From Eledone cirrhosa (taxonomy: Eukaryota), in NCBI GenBank assembly GCA_964016885.1, contig OZ024747.1:44330001-44394000 (forward strand): DNA of 64,000 bases, written 5' to 3'. Every line of letters begins with the position of its first letter. Within the stretch, counting starts at the first letter, position 1. Shown one piece after another: positions 41,401-55,751 of the stretch. The notes beneath the pieces were generated by a model. That model worked only from the letters and a program-made list of their open reading frames with translations. It had not been told where the DNA came from and made no database searches. The translations under genes and the position numbers were made by a program.

Positions 41401-44249
41401 TGTATGATATAAAGCTGTTTGTTTTAAATATTCACATTTAAATTTAAACTTTCCACCATAAAAAAAATGTTAAGTTATGCTCTAAATACCAATTTAAAAA
41501 TGAAAAAAAAAAGTTATTTATTTTACTAAATCCTTCAAAGTACTTAATTATTTTGAAAATTAATTGAAAATCATAGGCAGTGTATTTCATTAGGAATCTG
41601 GTAACAAAAGGGTTAGTTAATAAATTTTAAAATGTATTAAGCCATATAGTCTATGTTACAGAGTTTAACCCACTTCAATTTGGTGACCTAGTCATTGAAA
41701 ATGTAATATATTCTGGTGATAGATATTTTAACAGCACTGATAGATACTAGATGGTTTAAAAGAAAGGGTGTTAGCATTAGCAGTAAATCTGCTAGCACAG
41801 CTTGAACTGACTAATAAGTAACATACTGGGGTACTATAATAGTAATAGCACAGCCATGTCATGGAAAATGACAGTAGAGAAATAAATTATAGCTTATATG
41901 TTGTATTGTAGTTCACTAAGTCAAATTGTTTAACCCAAGGTTTCATAACTTTAGTATTGAGTTAGTCTTTCATACACACACAGACAATGAATTGAGTACT
42001 TCATAAAGAGATTTCCAAGTGTTTGATTGACAAAAGATGTGTTTACTAATAACATCTTTTTCAAACCAGCTGATTTAATTAATGCTGAGATTGTCAATGA
42101 AGGATCTGTATGGAAACATGACCAGGATTGCTCAACAGAAGTGTATTCATTTAGCGAAATAAATTTGCTGTCAATATGAAAACATTTTGAATGTAAGGTT
42201 TCTTAGAACCATGTTCAATAGAAGTCAACAAGTAATGAAATACAAAATACTAAGTAATATCATTATATATCTGAGGTTGTTAGTGCTCCACATAAGAGGT
42301 CTAGTGAGTTCGAAGTCACATGAAACTTTTATATTACTATAACTGCATCACATTAAAAATTAAAATTTTTACAATAATCTGTTCACAAGTAAAATATTAT
42401 AAATATTTGAATTAACATACCACATGAAACCACATTAACAAGAAATACATTCTTGAAAAGTGCAAAACAGTAATATGACTGTATCACATTAAAAATTGAA
42501 GTTGTTACTCTAATACAGCAAATTGTATAAGCATTTAAATTAACAAACCTGTTTTTAGATATTTTCTGTTAAATCATTAGAGGATATATAATCAGTACCA
42601 TACCATGTAAGAAAAGGGATTATCAAGGTCTAAGGAAGGCATTCTATTTGTCTTATGTGGGATGAGTGATGCTTATTTAATGAGCAAAACACCTTAACCA
42701 TATACACTTTGGCTCCTTGTATTTGAAATGTAATATTTTAGATTTCACTCTTCTGCTGTTACAGCTTTCAATTTGCAATGAGAACAAGATTTCCTACATA
42801 TAAGGGCTCGATGTGACACAATTCTGAACACTTAGTGATAAAGAATGATCTGAAAATATATACTTAATGAAAACCTTGTGGAACTCTTATCTCTTCTCAT
42901 GTGTTCTACCACAGCTTTTATGAGCTAATGAAGGAATCTTCTGCATGGCCTTACTAGAAATACTTTTACCCCTTTCAGGGCCCTTGATAGTGGTGGGAAG
43001 AGGTAGGTATCCACAAACTGGGGACTTGGCTTGAATGCTTAAAGTAGAATGTACTTTGTTAAAGGCATCCAAGAACCAAGTGATGTCAAACAAGGAGGTG
43101 AATTAAGTCCACCATCCATTAGGCCGCAGCACAATGTGAACTCACAGTGCAAAGAGATAAATCAAATACTGTAAAATATCTCACCTGATACTCTAACAAT
43201 TCTACCAGTCCACTATATTGAACTGATACTCTATTTTATCGATCCTGAAAGGATGATAGGTAAATATGCCCTCGGTGCAGTTTGAAATCAGACTACAAAC
43301 AGACAGCCTAAATACTTCAAGGCATTTTGTCCTATGACATAATGACACTACCAATTCACCATTACCGTGAATGATAAATTCAGAAAACTTATATGTACTA
43401 TATAAGACTGTGAAAAAACATAAGAGTTCTTGGATCATGGAGTATAGGTGCAACTGTGTGGTTAAGGAGTTCCCTTTGTAACCTGTAATATTGGGTTCAG
43501 TTACAGAAAGTGTTCAGATTTGTATTAGTACAATGAAGACTTTGGAAGAACAGTGAAAACAGCTTTGATAATACTGAGCTTGATATATTTGATATCACAG
43601 GATTTAAATACCTAATAAACTACCCATAGTTCTATGATAGAAAATTATTTATTTTAAAGTATTAACATTTATCTAAAACCTTCCAATATAATTTAATGTA
43701 AAAAAACTTTGGTAAATTATGCTCCAAATACAATGTTAATAAAGAAGTTAGTTATATTACCAAATTCTTGATTATTTTCAAAATAACTTGAAAATTATTG
43801 GCAGAAAAATGGTAGTAAAATGGTTAAACTCAAGAAAGCATAACAATTAAAAAGAGGTTGATAATCAACATTATCACCATCGTTATTCATCTTCAAATCT
43901 ATTTCTAGGGGATGGCTCTCTGTAATGTCTACAGTGTATTTAGGAAATAAAATAATAAAATAGTTCCTTACTACATCCTTCAATCGACATAAAGTCTGAG
44001 ATTTCACAGATAAAGGAAATGAGAATTGTTTACATACGAAGTGCAAAGATATAAGTGAAGTTGCACAATACCACTAGGAACCAAAGTCAAGCCACAGGCA
44101 CGACACATCAAGTAGTTACCACTTTTCAATTCTGTTGAAAACAGATTTGAAAGGAAATACCTCATCTTCATTTTATCTTGTTTCAATAATGTTATTCTCT
44201 GAAATTTACTCTTTACAACCAATAAAGTTTGAAATCAAGTTATTTTCAA

Positions 44250-44530
44250 AGGTTCTTGTCATTGTTAACAGTTAGCCTTACATCATATCAGCTGATGCCT
44301 GAAAGCATCCTTGTTTATTCCAGCATCTTAACCTTGCTATCATCTGTGTCACTGCTGAAATTGTGTTGGCTTGCCTCAAAAATTATTAGAGGTAACCTCC
44401 AGGGTCACATGTTGTTGTGGTGTGTGACTGAATGGGCATATCTTCGACACTCTCTCTCTCTCACTCTTTTATATATAGTTACGCCTATTTGTATGCATCA
44501 TACTGAAATAAATATTTGTTTCCTTTTAAT
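44250..44530 (+). mobile_element. Decayed CRE-like LINE 3' end
   Basis: FLSLL...LFQHLNLAI; gtgttggcttgcctcaaaaattatt shared with the 13.4 kb copy. Confidence 0.55.
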
Positions 44531-44670
44531 AGATTTTTTTAGTACTAAATGTTACTCTATTGACTTCTAGTAAACATAAAAAAAAACTGTACAATTTAAT
44601 ATTATTCACAACATTCCATATATGGACAAAATTAAAGAAATTAATTAAGATGAATTATTGATATTCGTGA

Positions 44671-44702
<32 letters not shown>

Positions 44703-44739
44703 TCATGGCGCTGATGCCTACTACTACTAATTGTTGATT

Positions 44740-44940
44740 CTTAACATTAGCAGAAGACCACCAATTTAGTATAGTTGAGTCAACTGAGCCCAGTACTTGA
44801 CTGGTACTTTATTTCATTGAGCCTCAGAAGAAGTAAAAGCAAAGTTAGTCAGGGTGAGATTTGAACTCAGAATATAAAGGGCTGTAACTAAATACCACAT
44901 GTAGTTTTGTCCAAACGCATTTTGTCAATCCAGTGCCCTT
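44740..44940 (-). mobile_element. Diverged Meta-type SINE
   Basis: cccagtacttgactggtactttat...gatttgaactcagaat. Confidence 0.6.
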
Positions 44941-45579
44941 AACTAATTATTGCTAGGAAAAACTTATCCTCTTCAATTATTGAATTTTTGAAATATTTCT
45001 AGTTCTTTGATGCCCATTGTGTTAAGATGGCAGCAACTTTAAGAGTATAAATAGATTCTACACAGAAGTTTTCTTTTCCTTTAAGTTCACTGATCATGAA
45101 TGGAAGTGGTAGCAGCCTAAATTGAAAACAGAGACATGTGTGTTTTGTATGTATGTGTATACTTGAAGAAGAGAAAAAAATAAAGAATAGAAGGAGGAGA
45201 AAACAAAAACATAATATAAATCATTAATAGTGTCTTGAGTTGGCTCAATAGGAATAGGTTTGAATGGAGACCAAAGTGTGAAGTCCATTAACAATACATG
45301 ACTTTGGCAAATTTCCAATACCATCTTAATTCCAAATCTCTCCAAAATTATGTTCGTATATTAAAGTCAACCATAACAGTAACTATCCTGAAAATAACAT
45401 AACTTCAACAATAATCTTATTAAATGGCCTGAATTATAACTCACAGAGAAAACACAAAGCAACAAATCAAAATGGAAAAAAAAAGAAGCTAAATGCATTA
45501 CAGACATAGAAACAATGATTACAGTTTCTCATTTGTCATAGGAAAACAGAGACAGAATTATATATAATGTACATTTAAC

Positions 45580-45685
45580 ATATACACACACACATATATA
45601 TATATGTACACACAGACACACACAGACATATATATATATGTACACACAGACACACACAGACATATGTATATGTACACACAGGCAT

Positions 45686-45738
<53 letters not shown>

Positions 45739-46345
45739 CAGACACACACACATATATATATATACACACAGACATACACAGACATATATATATATGTACA
45801 CACAGATACACACACAGACATATGTATATGTACACACAGACACACACAGACATATATATATATATATATGTACACACAGACACACACACACATATATATA
45901 TACACACAGACATACACAGACATATGTATATGTACACAGAGACACACACAGACATATATATATATATATATATATACACACAGACACACACACATATGTA
46001 TATATATGTACACACAGACACATACAGACATATATATATATATGTACACACAAACATATGTATATATTTGTACACACAGACACACACACACATATATATG
46101 TACACACAGACACACACACACACATATATATGTACACACAGACACACACACATATATATATATGTACACACAGACACACACACACACACGCATATATGTA
46201 CACACAGACACACAGAGACATTGTATACATATAACACACACACATAACAAAGACACATGTAGACTATATATACATATAAAACACACACACACAGGTACAC
46301 ATATGACACACACAAAGACACACATAGACATATATATATATGTAT
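45580..46345. repeat. Compound (CA)n/(TA)n/CAGA minisatellite-like tract
   Basis: Direct inspection. Confidence 0.92.
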
Positions 46346-46411
46346 ATCATCATCATCATCATCATCATTTTACGTTTGCTTTTCCCCGCTTGCATATATA
46401 TATATATATAT

Positions 46412-47010
46412 ATATGAAAAAATGGGGAGAAGAATACTGCAGGTTGCACATGGATAACATATTATAAAATGAGTCCCTCATCAGTGATTTGCCAACGATC
46501 ATAGATATTTCATTGCATTAAAAATCATATACCTCACGTTGGTGCAATAATAACTAAATTAAGTTATTAGGACAATTAAAACGCGTAAAGCGAGTGAGAC
46601 AAGTAAACAACAAAGAGGAAAGCTAACCGTAGATAGGAAGGGAACAAGATACATAGTTATTCTGTCAGTATAAGCTGGGTGAATATATGAGCGCGTAGAA
46701 AAAAGACCTTTCGAGATGAATCCAAATGTGAGAAAGAGAGAAAATGATTTCGTCGCGAACGGGGTGAAGTGAGAAGAGGAGAAACAGTGAGTGAGTGAGT
46801 GGAAGTGTGAGGAAGAGGTCAGTAGAGAGAAAGTGTTAACTGACATGACAGAGGGGGCGAAAGAAAGTAGGAGAAACAGAGAGAACGAGGGAGCAGTAAG
46901 AGAGAGAGAGAGAAAAACAGAATCGCAGTTTAGGTAAATATATGTGAAAAAATGGGGAGAAGAATACTGCAGGTTGCACATGGATAACATGTTATAAAAT
47001 GAGTCCCTCA
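46412..47010. repeat. ~530-bp unit bounded by ~69-bp direct repeats
   Basis: tgaaaaaatggggagaagaatactgcagg...gagtccctca at ~46412-46480 and ~46942-47010. Confidence 0.8.
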
Positions 47011-47139
47011 ATATATATATATATATATATATAACACAGGTACACATATGACAAACAGAAAGACACTGGTAGACATATGTATAACACACACACACAGAGA
47101 AACATATGTATACATATACTTACACACACATACAGACAT

Positions 47140-47367
47140 TGTCGAGACACTGCATCCTTTAAAACCTCCATGTTTCCTGAGATTCGCCAACACTACACCT
47201 GATATCCCCCCCTCCTCCATACACACCTACACATATATTTCATGACTCGTACACTGTTCATTTTCCTAACATTTGTACATTATTCTATGTACTATACATG
47301 CACCTTTGATGCGTTGTAGTGCACCTGAGCACTGTACACAATAATTTCATTATTATTAGTATTATTA

Positions 47368-47370
<3 letters not shown>
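47140..47370 (+). mobile_element. LINE 3' UTR-like repeat with (ATT)n tail (possibly CR1/L2-like); second copy ~50360-50520
   Basis: catgactc...tgtagtgcacctgagcactgtac...cattattatt occurs twice. Confidence 0.55.
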
Positions 47371-47443
<73 letters not shown>

Positions 47444-47611
47444 CATACACACACAGGCACACATAGACATATAATGCCCTCACACATAAGTAAAGATAAG
47501 ACACACACATATAGAACATACACACTCAATTATCTTCTAAACAAAAGTGAAACTGGTCTGTTACTGAGGAATTCCCTCAATATGCAGACAGACATATTGA
47601 CACTCATACTT

Positions 47612-48012
47612 GAAGGCACATGGCTTAGTGGTTAGAGCATTGGGCTTGCAATTGAAAGGTTGTGAGTTCAATTCTCGGACAAGATGATGTGTTGTTTCCT
47701 TGAGCAAGACACTTTATTTCACATTGCTCCAGTTTACTCAGCTGTAGAAATGAGATGATATAGACTGGGGTCCCTATCATTCCACTGCAAAGTGGTCGTG
47801 GAGGTGCCACGGCAAAAGAAGCACCCAGCACTCACTGTAAATGAGGTTTGTGTTAGGAAGGGCATCCAGCTGTAGAAATCAAGCCAGAATCAGTTCTCGT
47901 ATGAGCAAGACAAGGTCAGCTGACCGGACACTGCCCACAACAGGACAACCCGTCTAACCCATGCTAGCGTGGAAGAACGGACGTAAAACGGTGATGATGA
48001 TGATAATGATGA
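47612..48012 (+). mobile_element. Full-length CORE-type tRNA SINE
   Basis: A-box tggcttagtgg, B-box gagttcaattc, CORE-like ccttgagcaagacacttt...ctgtagaaatg, (ATG)n tail, flanking atacttg repeat. Confidence 0.88.
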
Positions 48013-48227
48013 TACTTGCACACACACACACACAGACACATAAAACCATACAGGCAGACTTATCTACCTAGTTGACGTCTAAATTCCTATGAAAGAATCT
48101 TATGGCTATGTTAGGAACCAGCTCTCTCTCTCTATTAGTGAAAATTTATAAAATAATATAACCAGAAGAACAAACACAGACACAGACACACACATGCATA
48201 TATACACACATATATACATACATACAT

Positions 48228-48545
48228 GGAAGGCACTCCGTCAGTTACGGTGATGAGTGTTCCAGTTGATCAGATCAATGGAACAGCCTGCTCACAAAGT
48301 TAATGTGCAAATGGCTGAGCACTCCATAAACATGTATACCCTTAACGTAGTTCTCAGGGAGATTTGACGTGACACAGATTATGACAAGACAGGCTCTTCG
48401 AATTACAGGTACAACTCATTATGCCAGCTGAGTGAACTGGAGTAAGATGAAATAAAGTGTCTTGTTCAAGGACAAAGCGCGCTGCCGGGAATCAAACTTA
48501 CGACCTTACGATTGTGAGCCAAATTCTTTAATCACAAAGCCACAC
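48228..48545 (-). mobile_element. CORE-type SINE, second subfamily
   Basis: Colinear with 17545-17797. Confidence 0.75.
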
Positions 48546-48958
48546 TCCTTTACTATGATAGATACATAATATCAATCAGAAGAATATAGCTGTTATTATG
48601 GATAACCATTCCCTAAGATAGAACCCAGCTATATTAGAGCGGAATAACAGACTGAAATCCAATGTAAATTAACAATTTCACGGTAAATACCTAGAAGATA
48701 TAGACATTACTTCAAAAGATGTTCAACCTGATAATCTTTATGCTATTACCAACACATCACATTGATATTTTAAATCCTGAATTTCTATGTTGACAAAGAT
48801 TTCATCATATAGCCTCACTCCATGCAGTGAACAACAGTGGTGTCAGAGAATGACTTAAGATGCGAGGAATGAACCAAGCGTTTGATTTGATAAAATGAAA
48901 ACACCATGAAATTATTTGCCTTAAATAACATCCTAAATATTTACATACCAACTTAATA

Positions 48959-49115
<157 letters not shown>

Positions 49116-49331
49116 TAGTTGGTATGGAACATAATAAACCCCAGTTCGGAGTAGAAATGTGTTTGGTCAGTTTATTTGTTCCACTTTACAGTCTTGAACT
49201 TGTACTGTAATATGTAATATCAGCCGTTGTTTCACATATCTTTCTATCTCTTGCTCCCCCTGTGAGTGTGTATATATATATATATAGAGAGAGAGAGAGG
49301 CAGAAAAAGACAGGGAGTGATAGTGATCGAG

Positions 49332-49803
49332 AGAGAAAGAGAGTGAGAGAAATAGTGTGTGAGATGAGAAAGAGAGTGAGAGAAATAGTGTGTGAGATGA
49401 GAAAGAGAGTGAGAGAAATAGTGTGTGAGATGAGAAAGAGAGTGAGAGAAATAGTGTGTGAGATGAGAAAGAGAGTGAGAGAAATAGTGTGTGAGATGAG
49501 AAAGAGTGTGAGAGTGAGAAAGAGAGAAATTGTGAGGGAGAGAGTTAGTGAGAAAAGAAGAGAGAGAGAGAGAGTGAGGTGGGATCTGTGTGAGAGTTAG
49601 AGGAATAGTGTGAAAGAGAGGGATAGTGAGTAAGAGAGAGAAATTGTGAGGGAGAGAGTTAGTGAGAAAAGAAGAGAGAGAGAGAGAGAGAGAGTGAGGT
49701 GGGAGCTGTGTGAGAGTTAGAGGAATAGTGTGAGAGTTAGAGGAATAGTGTGAAAGAGAGGGATAGTGAGTAAGAGAGAGAAATTGTGAGGGAGAGAGTT
49801 AGT

Positions 49804-49835
<32 letters not shown>

Positions 49836-49840
49836 AAGAG
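49332..49840. repeat. GA-rich tandem repeats (33-bp unit x~5, then longer duplicated units)
   Basis: ORF track shows MRKRVREIVCE repeated. Confidence 0.9.
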
Positions 49841-50294
49841 ATTGCATAAATCAGAGAAAAGTATTTTTGCAGACCATTCAACTTTAATGGCTGTAATCTT
49901 AGGTTTTTGCTTCTTGTTATTTTGTGATTTGTATCTTCTTTTCTTTCTAGTATTGATGTTACTGATAATATACAGTAAAGAACTAACAAGCTAAATCTAT
50001 CTTCTATCTTTAATTCCTCAATGTTAATCCAATATTCAGCAATAATCACTGTAGAAACAGGTAGAATTTGTTATCTTAGAAACTACTGGGTATGAATGTA
50101 TGTGTGTGCATTACCAGCAAATAATAAATGCAGTATGGCAGTCTGAAAGAATATGAAAACTTAAGGTGATTCTGTTGTTATACAAATGATCAAGAACAGT
50201 AAGCCATGTCTGCTCAACAAATTTACATTGAGTAGTTAATAAATTTTATATATTTTATATTTTACTATTTAATAATCAATCTTAAGAGGTGGAA

Positions 50295-50683
50295 TTAACC
50301 CTTTCAATAGTAAACTACCTGAAACCAGTCTTGGTTTTATGATACAAGATTTTTTGTTACCCCCCCTCCACACATGCATGCATGTATCTGTGTGTATATC
50401 ATGACTCATATACTGTTCACTTTCCTGACATTTGTACATTATTCTATGGACTATACATGCACCTTTGATGAGTTGTAGTGCACCTGAGCACTGTACATAA
50501 TAATTTTCATTATATTATATATATTAAAGTGTTTATATTTTATATTCATCTAAAAACCTTCAATCATAATTGTATATAAAGCATTTATTACGTTAAATTC
50601 CTCTAAATTCATGATTATTTCCAAAATTATTTGAAAATCATAGGCAGTATTTTTTCATCAGAAATATAGTAATGATAGGGTTA
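50295..50683. mobile_element. piggyBac-like MITE interrupted by a LINE 3' UTR fragment
   Basis: ttaaccctttc ... gatagggttaa termini. Confidence 0.6.
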
Positions 50684-50889
50684 ACCTTTCTAAGACTACC
50701 TCAGATTCTATGATAGAAAACTTGTTATAAAGTATTTCTACTTGAATTGAAGCTTTTGATCAAAATTTTATTTAAGTAATTTTTAGTAATTTATGCTCCA
50801 AACACAAGCTCAAAAATGAATAAACTTATTTTACTGAAATCCTGTGAAATTATTGATCATTTACTGACTCATTTTCAAAATCTAAAGTC

Positions 50890-51155
50890 TGTTTCGAGCC
50901 TGAGGCTCATCACGCCGGTGTTTATCTTAGTTTCCATGGCGTGAAGCAACTGAGAGTACAAGACTCCCCACTGGACAGGATGCCAGTGCATTGCAGTGTT
51001 AAACCCCCAGCCATTGCTGGTATTCATTTTCAGCTGAATATAATGGAGCAATGTGAAATGAGTATTTCGCTAAAGAACACATCAAACAACCCAGTCAAGG
51101 AATTGAACCCACAACATTATCATCGTAAATCCAACACACTTACCACTAGGCCAAA
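50890..51155 (-). mobile_element. Old tRNA/CORE-type SINE, third subfamily
   Basis: ggagcaatgtgaaatgagt...ggaattgaacccac...accactaggcca. Confidence 0.55.
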
Positions 51156-51675
51156 GCAATTGAAATAAAAATTGAAGATTATGTATAAGAATTGTAAACA
51201 TGCAGACAAGCTTGTAGAATCAACCAAAGTAGAATCAACCATAGTAGAATCAACCAAAGAGCAGCAGCAGAACTGGGAAACCTAGATGTAGGTAGACTCA
51301 ACTGACAAGGCCTCAAAGTAAGAACTGTTGTAGTTTTTCTCTTGTAAAATGTTTTGTTTAGAATTTGCTACTGTTTATACAAAAACCGAACACGGTATCA
51401 AAGGGAACAAAAAAAGAAAGAAAAGAAATGAAAAGAATCAAGCAACAAAAGGAAGGGAGGAAGGACAGACACTACACCTCAGCCATGCCCTGTGGACAAA
51501 ATGGCAAATGCATTACTGCAGAGAGTGGCCAGAGATACCTGCTGCAACATCTACCCCACATCATAGGGCTTCTCCTCAAGCAGGCCACAGTTTATCTCAT
51601 GTGTCCATCCTGTTTGTAGATGGCAAAGTGTTATATGGAGATCTGACTATTATTTCTAGCAGTGTAACAAAGTAT

Positions 51676-51732
<57 letters not shown>

Positions 51733-51816
51733 GCATGTATATATATATATATATTTTTTTTTAATATATATATATATATATTATTCTTTGATTATTTGGT
51801 GGCATGGAGAATCATA

Positions 51817-52120
51817 GATGCAGTAGCAGTTGTGGCAGTAGATGCAGTAGCAGTTGTGGTAGTAGATGCAGTAGCAGTTATGGTAGTAGATGCAGTACCA
51901 GTGGTGGTAGTAGATGCAGTACCAGTGATAGTATAGTGGTTACTGTCTGGGAAATCATCGTACCAGTCGTGGTATAGTGGTTACTGTCTACACTGCCAAG
52001 CTTGGGCAGTAATAGATGTAGTACCAGTGGTATTATAGTGGTTACTGTCTGGGAAGTAACAGATGTAGTACCTGTGGTAGTAGTGTCAATACTCCATAGT
52101 TTGTGCAGTAGTAGATGTAG
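51817..52120. repeat. 24-bp tandem repeat (gatgcagtagcagttgtggtagta) x~5 plus degenerate units
   Basis: gatgcagta at 51817, 51841, 51865, 51889, 51913. Confidence 0.85.
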
Positions 52121-52489
52121 TAGAATATTGCTTTTGCTAAGAATTTTATTTATTTATTCATTTATTCTTAAACATTTTTTTTTTTTTTTTTGCAATAACT
52201 GTCGATAAAGTCAACAAATTAGTTCACAGAGTCAACTAATACTGCATATAAACTAAAAGATTGAGTGAAAATTCTTTGAAGATTTACTGAGGAAAAATAA
52301 AAACATCTGTAAAACATTCACATCAAATATTATTTCAATTGTAAACAGAAAACAATGAATATAGAACCATTTAAATATTAACATGACTCATTTTCATTCA
52401 AAGTATTTCAATATGAATAGTTTTAAATAAAAATATGTGTGGTTATGTATTTAAACTACTACAAATATTTCAGAAATCAATGGAAGCAA

Positions 52490-52575
52490 ATACTTTGTCT
52501 TAGCTTCGCTATCACACATGGCAATGCTGCATGTTGGCTTTCCTAAAAAATTATTTGAAGGAAACTCCAGAACAA
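52490..52575 (+). mobile_element. CRE-like LINE 3' fragment
   Basis: Encodes LSFAITHGNAA; shared 3' UTR start. Confidence 0.55.
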
Positions 52576-52904
52576 GGGACAGCAGAGGTTCTATGCTGTA
52601 ACAAGGTTGGTATTAGGAAGGGCATCCAACTGAAGAAACCAAGCTAAAATACAGATCCCTGTATGAGCAAGAAATGATCACCCAACCTGACTTGGTTCAT
52701 AACATGACAACCCGTCTAACCCATGCAAGCAGGGAAAATAGACATTAAATAGTGATGCTCTTTTGAGTAAGGTCACACGACTACAGACTGGATTACTGCT
52801 ACAAAACTAAGGGCAGAGTGAAATTCTGTGGTACAGTTGAAGTTTTTTAAAAAAGGACGAAACCTGCAGATGAAGGAACTCCAGTTTGATCATGGAAATA
52901 CACA

Positions 52905-53020
52905 AGTTCAAATCCCGCCGCGGTTAACTTTGCTTTTCATCCTTACGGGGGTCGATAAAATAAAGTACCAGTAATACACTGGGATAATTGCTGACCTTGT
53001 GCCTAAAGTAGAAACAATTA
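52905..53020 (+). mobile_element. Meta-type SINE fragment
   Basis: gttcaaatcccgcc...gtcgataaaataaagtaccag...gtagaaacaatta. Confidence 0.8.
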
Positions 53021-53382
53021 TATGTATATATATTACTTGTGCATTATATAACTTCCAGGGGTTCCAGAAACCTATTAGAGATTTTATTGATTATATCGAT
53101 TTTAATCAATCGGAGATGATCCAGGTATGAAAAACCTTTTTGTATCTATCGTTATTTTGTTGTATGTATAGTTTGTGCCTTCGGTCGGTTCTCTTGGTGT
53201 CACATTTTTTAACTATGGTGTTTAACTCAGGACATAATGTTTGGTTTTAACTTTCGATCCATTGAGTGCTTTGTGATTGCCTCAAAACAAATCGAATAGT
53301 ACTTGCTGTACTACAGCTGAAGTTCAATTTATAAATATGATATATATATATATAAATAGTTCCACAACAGTTAATTCACCAT

Positions 53383-53425
53383 ACCGAGAACAAATCTTTC
53401 ACCTTATTCGGATCCTCAGCTCGGT
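53383..53425 (-). ncRNA. Minimal type-I hammerhead-like motif
   Basis: Minus strand: ACCGAG-CUGAGGA-uCC-gaauaa-GGu-GAAA-gauuug-UU/CUCGGU; 6-bp stem I. Confidence 0.5.
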
Positions 53426-53544
53426 CTACTGGAACTACTTCTACCAAACTCGTCCCATGGACTGAGTGCTCTACTGCTGCTGATATAACCCACCAGTGTT
53501 CTACTATTATATATATATATGTGTGTGTGCATAAAGAGATGAGT

Positions 53545-53745
53545 ATGTCTTAGCTAGCCTTGATATCACTTGCAGTAATGCTGCCAGTGTGTTGGCTTCT
53601 CAAAAAATGGAGAAATACCAGCACCCCTTGTTGTGTCATGTGATGAAGTAAGTGTGTATTCTTTCATTTTTTTGTTTTCTTTTCTCTTTTTTATGCATAA
53701 ATTGTGTTTATTTTTATGTATTCTATTGAAATAAATTTATGGTGA
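53545..53745 (+). mobile_element. CRE-like LINE 3' end
   Basis: Encodes LDITCSNAASVLAS; 3' UTR ataaattgtgtttattt...gaaataaa matches ~13530-13580. Confidence 0.55.
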
Positions 53746-55751
53746 CTTCTTGTTAAATGAACTATTTCTTTTAAATGAGACAATATATATATATGAGAAC
53801 ATAAAGTTTGTACATAACTGATTCTCAAATGACATTTAGAAGAAAGAAATTATAGTTTCAGTTGTTCACTCAAAATAAAATATCTTACAATACTCCAAAG
53901 AATTTCAGTTGTTATGATTTGCATGGGGAAAGGAATACAATGGAATAGACTTCTGTTGGTTTCCATGATGAGTACTTCAGTTGGTTGATCAACAGAACAA
54001 CCTGCTCATGAAATTAGCATGCAAGTGGCTGAGCATACATTGAATATAATTCTCAGGGAGATTGACTCAGAGTATGGTGAGGCTGGCCCTTTGAATTACA
54101 AGTACAGTCCATCTGATAGGCTTCCACACAGTTTCATTGACTATCCAGTTTTACCCATTGGATCTGGTTAAATTACACTTGCCCAAGATGCCACACAGTG
54201 GTCTCAAACCTTGGATATAATGATTGCAAAGCAAACTTCTTAACCATTCAGCCATGCACTGTCCAGATGTGAAAAGACAGAAGTGTGGAAAATTAACAAA
54301 AAAAGATAAAATAATGTAATGTAAAGCAACTATATAACAAAGTAAGCAATGAATTGAGCAAGAAAATTAGCAGGCAATGCTTTTCCTTGATTCACTTATA
54401 TTTGTAAAGACATTATTGTTATTTAGTTGGGACAAAGGAAATGAAAGCTTATATGTAAATGATTTATACACTTAGTAAAATTATATTGATGGTGTATTGA
54501 GCACCATTAACAAACTTTTTCCCATCAACACATTTGATATATAGCAGAAAATTATTACACTACAATACTAATGTAGAAAACAAGGAACTTAATGTTATAA
54601 TTTTGACATATGTGCAAACAAATATTGGATTGAGACTAATGGAAGAGGCAAGCCGAAAAAGTAGTCTGAGAATGATATAACAGACGTAGATGAAGAAGAA
54701 AGAAAAACATTGATGAATGAGGTATAATTACATTATTATTTTCAGTTCAATAAAATGGAGACTTTATGATAAATATCACTTATTCTCTTCACATAAAAAT
54801 CTATTAAATGCTTATGAATAAAATAACAAAAGCTTTTTACATGAATAACTGGTTAACAATTGCTATTTTGAAAAGTGCAAATTAATAATTAAATTTTTGT
54901 ATAAGTAAAAGTCTACAAGTTAAAACTGCTTAAAGATTGAATAAGCTGAACAAACATCAATAAATTGTTGAAAGAAAAAAACTTTTTGTTATATGTATTG
55001 AGCAGCGAAAGTACTTTCTAATTTGAGAGAAATTTAGTAGAACATCATAAAAATACACATCGAAAAATAATGATTTATACTTTATAGCTTTTACTAGAGT
55101 TTTATTTCACAATGCCAAATGTGGTATGACATTAAAGTTTAGACATTAAATAAATATTTAACTCAAACATATCCGATAATTTAAAAGTAACATGAAACAT
55201 TGATATAGTATTTTATCACTGAATAAGAGATTTCTATAGAGAGAGAGAGAGAGAAAAAAACCAAAAAAAACTAAGCAGGATATTTATATAATTTTTATAA
55301 GAAATATAAAAAGGGTGGGACTTCTTAAATATAGATTTTGACAAAAAATATTTTATAATTTTTTCAGCTTTATCGATATAGTTTTTAATATTTTTTTTTT
55401 ATTTCTTTTAGAATTTCATTGGTTATTTCTATAGACTAGATTTAGAAGACAGTTAATGCTACATTAGCTGAGATATAAATAATATATCTTATTTTTATGT
55501 CAAGAAATACATTAAGGTACAAATATTGTTGTAAAAGGTTGAAACTTTCATTTAAAGTTATAGCTTATTATATTTCATCTTGAATTTCTACACTACCCTA
55601 ACCACATTTTTTACTTTCACTGCAGGAAACAAGCAGCATCCACAGGTTTTTCAGGTTTGGGTGGAGATACATACACAAGCAACAATATCAAATGCCATTT
55701 TCTTTGCTAAAGCATGAGTTAGTCTTGCAAGAACTATACTAGCCTTTAAAC

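Noticed and set aside
47612-47685. tRNA-Cys-like gene (ttGCAat loop), also at 6093, 27230 and 33451
   Set aside because: No proper acceptor stem, and always followed by the CORE-like body and tail, so these are SINE heads
51349-52120. 195-aa ORF, or a mucin-like Thr-rich reading of the 24-bp repeat
   Set aside because: The ORF runs through (TA)n, and the minus-strand reading is broken by stops and frameshifts
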